Source of the DNA: Pseudomonadota bacterium | GTDB lineage: Bacteria > Pseudomonadota > Alphaproteobacteria > Sphingomonadales > Sphingomonadaceae | Direction: 5' to 3' | Length of the DNA: 48,276 nt | NCBI GenBank assembly: GCA_040386475.1 | Contig: JAZKFK010000004.1 | Coordinates: 1 to 48,276, forward strand | Part shown: positions 42,085 to 48,276 of the stretch, piece after piece | How positions within the stretch are numbered: the first letter of the stretch is position 1 | Layout: every line of letters begins with the position of its first letter | Notes under the pieces: model-generated | The model's database searches: none | What the model was told of the DNA's origin: nothing | What the model saw: the letters and a program-made list of their open reading frames with translations, nothing else | Made by a program: the position numbers and the translations under genes

Positions 42085-42782
42085 CAGACCGCCCCGCGCT
42101 TGACGGCTTCACGCCAGAAATCTGCATCGGCATAGACAGTAGGATCAGCAATGCCTGCCAGATCAAAGGCCTCGCGCCGCTCGACACAGGTGCCGCAACG
42201 CCCGCAATGGACTGCGCCCCCCTTGTAGCAGGACCAAGTCTGCGCAAAAGGCGTGCCGTGCCTTGCACCATCGGTGACTATGGCCGATTTCGGCACATTC
42301 ACATAGGGCGCCAACAGCGCGATATCGGCATATCCGTCCAGCGCATGGCGTTGCATGGTCTGGAATGCGTCAATGAATCCGGGGCGGCAATCGGGGTAGA
42401 TGAAATGATCGCCGCCATGCACTGCGGTGGCCACGGCATCCGCCCTGCGTGATGCAGCGACCCCGAAGGCGACGGCCAACATGATCGCATTGCGGTTCGG
42501 CACGACGGTGATGCGCATGCTCTCTTCGGCGTAATGCCCGTCGGGCACCGCCACATCATCGGTCAGAGCCGAGCCGGACAGGCTTTGGCCAATCGCGCGA
42601 ATGTCGATGATCTGATGTGGCACGTTCAGGCGCGTCGCACAGACCGCCGCAAAGTCCAACTCTTTGCGGTGCCGCTGTCCGTAATCAAAAGATAGCAGCC
42701 CGAGCAGGTCGTGTTCGGCCGCGACCCTGTGGGCCAGCGAAACGGAGTCTAATCCGCCGGAGCAGATGACGATGGTTTTCAT
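42084..42782 (-). CDS. queC: 7-cyano-7-deazaguanine synthase QueC
   Basis: Motifs SGGLDS, YGQRH, VPNRN, YPDCR, TWSCY, CGRCGTC. Confidence 0.97.
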   Translation of the reverse strand: MKTIVICSGGLDSVSLAHRVAAEHDLLGLLSFDYGQRHRKELDFAAVCATRLNVPHQIIDIRAIGQSLSGSALTDDVAVPDGHYAEESMRITVVPNRNAIMLAVAFGVAASRRADAVATAVHGGDHFIYPDCRPGFIDAFQTMQRHALDGYADIALLAPYVNVPKSAIVTDGARHGTPFAQTWSCYKGGAVHCGRCGTCVERREAFDLAGIADPTVYADADFWREAVKRGAV

Positions 42783-42790
42783 GCAAGTGT

Positions 42791-42822
42791 CCTTGTTTTA
42801 ACCGGGTAGGCTGCGACCGGTA
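42791..42822 (-). ncRNA. Probable preQ1-I riboswitch overlapping the queC RBS
   Basis: Minus strand reads ACCGG-UCGCAGCCCUAC-CCGGU-UAAAACAAGG: a 5-bp stem, UCGCAG loop and A-rich tail ending in the SD. It closely resembles the T. tengcongensis preQ1-I aptamer. Confidence 0.8.
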
Positions 42823-43093
42823 GTTCAGATTGCGGTCATACTGCCGCGACAACCGCATGAAAAGGGGGGATTGGCACTGTGTCCGCTCAAGATCAAAAGC
42901 ATTCCGTCAAATAGCGTTTCGCCGGTTCGCAGGCTGTCGCGGGATCATCACCCCGCGCCAGGAATTGCGTTGTGTCGTCCACTGTGCACGCTGATCGTCA
43001 GCATGGAGATGGCTTGAAGGGCTTCAGTCCCACGAGCGGCGGCAAGGTCTTGACTGCCGCTCGGTGGCCAGATTGCCCTGACCGACATAAAGG

Positions 43094-43486
43094 TCACTTC
43101 TCCGCTGGCGACAGTGCGCGCTTGGCCAGTTCGATCAACTGCGACGGCCTGAATGGTTTCATCAGAAAATGCGTTACGCCAAAAAACTCTACGCTTTTGA
43201 GCAAATCATCAAGTCCACCCCCGCCAACCGGGAAATGCCGCCCGCCCCCGGTGATCAAAATAATGGGTGTGGCTGCATAAATCTTTCTGATCGCAAGTAT
43301 GGTAGCCACGCCGTCCGTGTCGGGCATGAATAGATCACACACGACGAGATCAAACTCCGACGACATCACCTTGATCGCGTCATCCCCATTATCGACGTCC
43401 GTGACCTCAAACCCGTTCAGTGACAGGGCGGTGCTGACTGTTTGCCTCACCTCATTGTCGTCATCAATCACCAAAATCCGATGCAA
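43094..43486 (-). CDS. Single-domain response regulator (receiver only)
   Basis: Motifs ILVIDDD, VCDLFMPDTDG, ITG, KPF; TTG start with GGAGA upstream. Confidence 0.9.
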   Translation of the reverse strand: MHRILVIDDDNEVRQTVSTALSLNGFEVTDVDNGDDAIKVMSSEFDLVVCDLFMPDTDGVATILAIRKIYAATPIILITGGGRHFPVGGGGLDDLLKSVEFFGVTHFLMKPFRPSQLIELAKRALSPAEK

Positions 43487-43879
43487 TGCTACCGTCTCCC
43501 ATTACATGCACCCAGTCTCAGACCGACCGGTCGCGAGCAACACCATTAAAGCGCTCTTGAACGACCCAAACCATTGACGACTAGCTGGCGCGTGACCGAG
43601 GTCACTGCTGCAAATATTGCGACAATGTGCGACCAAGGGTTCCGGTCCATTCAGAAGCGACAACCCTGTCTTGTCTACAAATTCTTTTCGCCGATCGATG
43701 TCCATCGTGTGTTTCGCAACACACGCAAGACTCGATGCATAAAGCGGAATCTCGCCAAGGTCATCCTTGCAACGTCTCTACGCAGCAGTCAGGGTGAGCC
43801 TGTGCCTTTACAGGCCGACCTGGCAACGAAGGACGGCCGACGGCGCACCATCCGCTCGGTGCTTCTAGGAGGATCCACC

Positions 43880-46800
43880 ATGAATGTGGCCGCAGAGAGT
43901 TTGTTTCTGTTCCATGCCGACCCGATGTGGATTTTCGATCTGAACACTCTGCGCTTTCTGGCCGTCAATAATGCTGCGGTCGCGAAGTACGGTTATTCGC
44001 GCGACGAGTTTCTCTCGATGACAATTGCCGATATTCGCCCTGAAGAAGATCGCATTGCGTTACAGGAAAATGTCGCTGCAATGACCGAGGGCCTGGACGA
44101 AGCGGGCGTGTGGCGACACTGCCTGAAATCTGGCAAGGTAATCCACGTCGACATCACGGGTCATACAATAGACTATGATGGACGGCCTGCCGAACTTATT
44201 GCAGCAAGGGACGTCTCCCGGCTTGTGGTCGCTGAACAGATCGCCAATGAGGCCCTTGTCCGCGAACAAATTGCACGGCGATCAAGCGACACCCTGGCAC
44301 GTCAGTTTCAGATCATGTTCGACTCGGTGCCAGGTATTTACCTCGTGTTCTCGCCGCAGACCTTCGACGTTGTCGCAGTCAGTGACGCATATATCGCGTC
44401 GTGCGGTGGCCAACGCTCTATAATCGTCGGAAGCAATCTTTTTGACGTTCTGCCGGTGCCGGCGGAAGACATGACACATTCAAATCTGCGGCAATCCATT
44501 GAAATTGCTGTGTCTTCAGAAAAGGTGAATCTTCTTGATGTGCAAAGCTTTGTCATCCCCCGGCCCGATTCGCCGCTGGTAAAGGACCATCGCTACTGGG
44601 TAATGTCGAACACACCGGTTATCGGTCCTAACGGAAAGCTTCTTCACCTTATCCTGCGTATTCAGGATGTGACCGATGCAATCATAGCCGACGAGATCTT
44701 ATCTGCCACGCAGAGCGTTTCATCAGTGAAACGCGCCAAGATCGACATGATCGCGCATACGCGCGAACTGAAATCCGACAATGTTCGCCTGACTGAACTG
44801 GCCTCACGTCTGCGCATCACCCAAAGGCTGCTCGGCACTGGAACCTGGGATTATGCCATCGCCGAGAACAGGCTAATTTGGTCGAGCAATGTCTACGACA
44901 TGTATGGCCTCACGCCCGAGAGTTTCGGCCATAGTTTCAACGACTACTTGCAGTTAGTGCACCCGGACGATCGTACGGCGATGCGCGTCAACTTCGACTC
45001 CTTCATGGCCTCTGGCGATACGCACTTTGCTTTCGCCCACCAGATTCGACGTCCCGACGGCGAAATCGTTCACGTTCAAGGTGTCGCCGAGTTGACTGAC
45101 TCACCCATGGGCGCACTCCTCAGGGGCGTGGTGCAGAACGTGACGGAGAGTGTGGCGGCCACTCGTGCTTTGGCACGGGCCAAAAGACTGCTTGAGATTG
45201 CGGGGACGTCCGCCAAATTCGGTGCGTGGAGCTACGACGTGTTGAAGAATAAATTGGAGTGGTCTGCCCAGACTGCGCGCATCCATGACGAGGCAGAAGG
45301 ATTTTCCCCGACCATCTTAAAGGGTCTTCGCTACTATGCGCCAGAGTACAGACAGCACATAGAAACCCTGTTTAATGCATGTCTCGACCAGGGAAAGCCA
45401 TTCGACGAGATTCTTGAAATCATCAGTGCCAAAGGCCGCAGACTTTGGGTGCGCGCCACAGGTGAGCCCGAAACGGATGAAAATGGCCGGACGATTGCCA
45501 TTCAGGGGTCGTTTCAAGAGATCTCGGAATTGGTGACGGTCCGGAAACGGGCCGAGGAATCCGAAAAGCTGCTTGGAATTGCTGGCCGCGCGGTCAGGCT
45601 TGGCGGGTGGAGCGTGTCTCTGACTGACCAAAAGGTGTTCTGGACAGACGGGATTGCGGCCATCCACGAGCTGCCGCCGGGCACGATGCCGACGTTCGAA
45701 GGCGGCATCGATTTTTTTGCCCCCGAAGAAAGGGAGGCGGCACGTGCAGTGTTTGACGCCTGTGCCCTGCAAGGTATTCCGTTCGACAATGTGCGCGACA
45801 TCATTACGGCCAAAGGAAACCGCGCCAAAGTCCGCTCTCTGGGCGTGCCGGTGCGGGATGGCGCCGGAAACATCATTGCCGTTCAAGGCGCGATGCAGGA
45901 CGTCTCTGAACTGACCGCCGCACAGCAAAAGGCCGATGAGCTGAGTACCCGACTGGCCGAGACGCTCGAAAACATTGGCGATGCTTTCTTCACTCTCGAT
46001 CGGGACTGGCAGTTCACGTATCTGAACGGCCGGGCAGAGAGCTTGCTGGAACGGCGACGGGACCAACTGATCGGTCGCAAGGTCTTTGACGTATTTCCCG
46101 AAGCGATCGGGACAGAGTCCGACACTCAATACAAAAGGGCCTTCGACACCGGCGAGACCGTGCGGTTCGAGCAGTTCTTTCCACCCCTGCAACGCACGTT
46201 TCGCGTCAACGCCCATCCTACGCCAGACGGACTTGCCGTCTATTTTTCCGATATCTCTGAGGAGCGTCGCCGCCAGAATGAATTGCGTCTGCTGAACGCT
46301 GCCGTGGCGCGCCTGAACGATATCGTCGTCATCACCGAAGCCGGGGATTTAAGCGCACCGCACAGCCCCAAGATCGTCTATGTCAACGACGCCTTCGAGC
46401 GCCGCACCGGATTTACGCGCGAAGAAACCGTCGGTCAGACACCACGGATCCTGCAGGGCCCGAAGACCCAACGGTCCGAGCTGAATCGCATTCGCAGCGC
46501 CCTCGAAGCCAAACTGCCGGTCAGCGCCGAAGTCATAAACTACACCAAATCCGGTCAGGAATATTGGCTGGAAATCGACATCGTGCCGATTGCCAATGAG
46601 GGCGGACCGGTCACGCATTTTGTTGCAATTGAACGCGACATCACAGGCCGACGGAAGGTCGAAGAAACGCTTCGGGTCTCTGAAACTCGCTTCCGCCTGA
46701 TTGCCCGCGCGACAGGAAACGCGGTCTGGGAATGGGACACCGCTGGCGAGCAAGAGTGGTGGAGCGACGGTCTGGCCGAGGTTTTTGGCTATGCGTCCGA

Positions 46801-48190
46801 TACCAACAAATTGCCGGATGTCTGGCGTGCAAATGTTCATCCTGAGGACAAGCCCCGGATCGACGAGGCATGGGGTCGACTGTTGTCTGGTCAGGCGGAC
46901 GGGATGCACGAGGTTTATCGATTCCGCCGGGCCGATGGCACATGGGCCACTGTCGAAGACCGCGCTTTCGCGATTCACGATGACGAGGGGCAGGCGTTGC
47001 GGGTCCTCGGAAGCATGGCTGACATCACGGACCGGCATCAGCTGGAAGAGCAGCTTCGACAATCCCAAAAGCTTGAGGCTGTGGGGCACCTGACCGGTGG
47101 TGTCGCGCATGACTTCAACAACTTGCTAATGGTCATCATTGGCAACAGCGAGTTCATTCAGGACGCACTCACCGCCGATCATCCGCTTCGGCATTTCGTC
47201 GACATGATCGCCCAGGCCGCAGATCGCGCCACCGAACTGACCAGCCGCCTCCTCGCATTTTCGCGCAAGCAGCCGCTTCAACCGCGGGTGACCGACCTGA
47301 ATGGGGTGATTGAGGGTGTTGAAGGCATGTTGCACCGCACCTTGGGAGAAGACATCAACATCGCTGTCACCCCCGCCGAAAACCTGTGGCGGACAGAGGT
47401 GGACCCCGGTCAATTTGAAACCGCCCTGCTGAACCTCGCGGTCAATTCACGCGATGCGATGCCAAACGGCGGCGCTTTGACCATAGAAACGGCCAACGCA
47501 GTGCTGGACGACAGCTACGTCGCAACCGAGCCTGGTCTGATGGCCGGACCATACGTCCTTGTCGCGATTAGCGACACCGGCATAGGAATTCCCCACGATC
47601 AGATCGGCCATGTATTCGAGCCGTTCTTCACGACCAAATCCGTTGGCAAGGGAACGGGTCTAGGCTTAAGCATGGTCTACGGTTTCGTCAAACAGACCGG
47701 CGGCCACATCCGGATCTATTCCGAACCGAACGAAGGCACGACGGTCAAACTCTATTTTCCACGGTTTTCCGGCGAGCAACAATCATCAGACACGGTCTCC
47801 TTCGAGGGCTCTGAGCAGCGCGGACAGGAAACCATCCTGGTGGTCGAGGATGACAAACTGATCCTCCAACAACTGACGAAGCAATTGGTCGGATTGGGAT
47901 ATAAAGTGATCTCCGCTTCGGACGGGCCAACTGCTTTGGCCGTGCTGCTTGCGCGTTCGGACATCGACCTGCTGTTCACCGATATCGTTCTTCCAGGAGG
48001 AATGAACGGTCGCCAGATCGCCGATGCAGCAAGAAAAATGCAGCCTGGATTGAGGGTGCTTTACACCTCTGGCTATTCACAAAATGCAATCGTCCATCAC
48101 GGTCGGGTCGACGCAGGGGTGGAGTTGTTGAGCAAGCCCTACCGACGATCCGACCTTGCAGCAAAGGTGCGGAAGGTCTTAGATAGCTGA
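43880..48190 (+). CDS. Cytoplasmic multi-PAS hybrid sensor histidine kinase/response regulator
   Basis: About eight PAS domains, H-box AHDFNNLL, N/G/F boxes (NSRDAM, DTGIG, FEPFFTTK, GTGLGL) and a C-terminal receiver. Start placed at ATG 43880 after AGGAGG. Confidence 0.95.
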   Translation: MNVAAESLFLFHADPMWIFDLNTLRFLAVNNAAVAKYGYSRDEFLSMTIADIRPEEDRIALQENVAAMTEGLDEAGVWRHCLKSGKVIHVDITGHTIDYDGRPAELIAARDVSRLVVAEQIANEALVREQIARRSSDTLARQFQIMFDSVPGIYLVFSPQTFDVVAVSDAYIASCGGQRSIIVGSNLFDVLPVPAEDMTHSNLRQSIEIAVSSEKVNLLDVQSFVIPRPDSPLVKDHRYWVMSNTPVIGPNGKLLHLILRIQDVTDAIIADEILSATQSVSSVKRAKIDMIAHTRELKSDNVRLTELASRLRITQRLLGTGTWDYAIAENRLIWSSNVYDMYGLTPESFGHSFNDYLQLVHPDDRTAMRVNFDSFMASGDTHFAFAHQIRRPDGEIVHVQGVAELTDSPMGALLRGVVQNVTESVAATRALARAKRLLEIAGTSAKFGAWSYDVLKNKLEWSAQTARIHDEAEGFSPTILKGLRYYAPEYRQHIETLFNACLDQGKPFDEILEIISAKGRRLWVRATGEPETDENGRTIAIQGSFQEISELVTVRKRAEESEKLLGIAGRAVRLGGWSVSLTDQKVFWTDGIAAIHELPPGTMPTFEGGIDFFAPEEREAARAVFDACALQGIPFDNVRDIITAKGNRAKVRSLGVPVRDGAGNIIAVQGAMQDVSELTAAQQKADELSTRLAETLENIGDAFFTLDRDWQFTYLNGRAESLLERRRDQLIGRKVFDVFPEAIGTESDTQYKRAFDTGETVRFEQFFPPLQRTFRVNAHPTPDGLAVYFSDISEERRRQNELRLLNAAVARLNDIVVITEAGDLSAPHSPKIVYVNDAFERRTGFTREETVGQTPRILQGPKTQRSELNRIRSALEAKLPVSAEVINYTKSGQEYWLEIDIVPIANEGGPVTHFVAIERDITGRRKVEETLRVSETRFRLIARATGNAVWEWDTAGEQEWWSDGLAEVFGYASDTNKLPDVWRANVHPEDKPRIDEAWGRLLSGQADGMHEVYRFRRADGTWATVEDRAFAIHDDEGQALRVLGSMADITDRHQLEEQLRQSQKLEAVGHLTGGVAHDFNNLLMVIIGNSEFIQDALTADHPLRHFVDMIAQAADRATELTSRLLAFSRKQPLQPRVTDLNGVIEGVEGMLHRTLGEDINIAVTPAENLWRTEVDPGQFETALLNLAVNSRDAMPNGGALTIETANAVLDDSYVATEPGLMAGPYVLVAISDTGIGIPHDQIGHVFEPFFTTKSVGKGTGLGLSMVYGFVKQTGGHIRIYSEPNEGTTVKLYFPRFSGEQQSSDTVSFEGSEQRGQETILVVEDDKLILQQLTKQLVGLGYKVISASDGPTALAVLLARSDIDLLFTDIVLPGGMNGRQIADAARKMQPGLRVLYTSGYSQNAIVHHGRVDAGVELLSKPYRRSDLAAKVRKVLDS

Positions 48191-48224
48191 GTAACGGACC
48201 GATTTAGCTCCCTAACAATGATTA

Positions 48225-48276
48225 GGGTCAGGACCCATTGAACTTGCCCTTGCGGCATGATTCAGGCTCCGCAAGG
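48225..48276 (+). mobile_element. Probable left end of an IS5-family insertion sequence, running off the window
   Basis: TTA-GGGTCAGGACCCATTGA..TGATTCAGGCTCCGCAAGG resembles recalled Rhodobacteraceae IS5-family ends. No transposase is visible in the window. Confidence 0.5.

Noticed and set aside
40515-42782. que genes as a 7-deazaguanine DNA-modification (dpd) defence or phage system
   Set aside because: No dpdA/TGT-like gene is in the window. An ordinary queCDEF operon with a preQ1 riboswitch points to tRNA queuosine synthesis.
43574-43879. 102-residue N-terminal extension of the kinase
   Set aside because: TTG start without RBS and no domain character. ATG 43880 has AGGAGG and begins the first PAS.

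Overview
High-GC alphaproteobacterial DNA (Rhodobacteraceae-like gene set) built as a mosaic island. The left 34 kb looks like a gutted lambda-type prophage. Its remaining pieces are a pre-cos gene, a cos-like repeat region, a DUF3489 gene, a truncated small-terminase-like gene, the C-terminal part of a tail/host-specificity protein and the first 29 codons of the next tail gene. Two metabolic cargo blocks sit inside it. The first is LysR + HAD phosphatase + Dpp/Opp-type ABC transporter + metallophosphoesterase (890-8989). The second is a 22.4 kb aerobic cobalamin cluster (cbtBA, bluE, cbiB, bluB, cobD, cobQ, cobO, DUF1636, cobWNGHIJKLEMBAF) with three cobalamin riboswitches, lying where the head and tail genes should be. 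The right 14 kb holds a convergent S8 protease/beta-strand protein pair, a LysR-DUF4242-tandem atypical cysteine-synthase-like locus, a queCDEF-bluB operon behind a probable preQ1-I riboswitch, a receiver protein, an eight-PAS hybrid histidine kinase and probably the start of an IS5-family element. All calls come from motif recognition by eye; no database searches were run.
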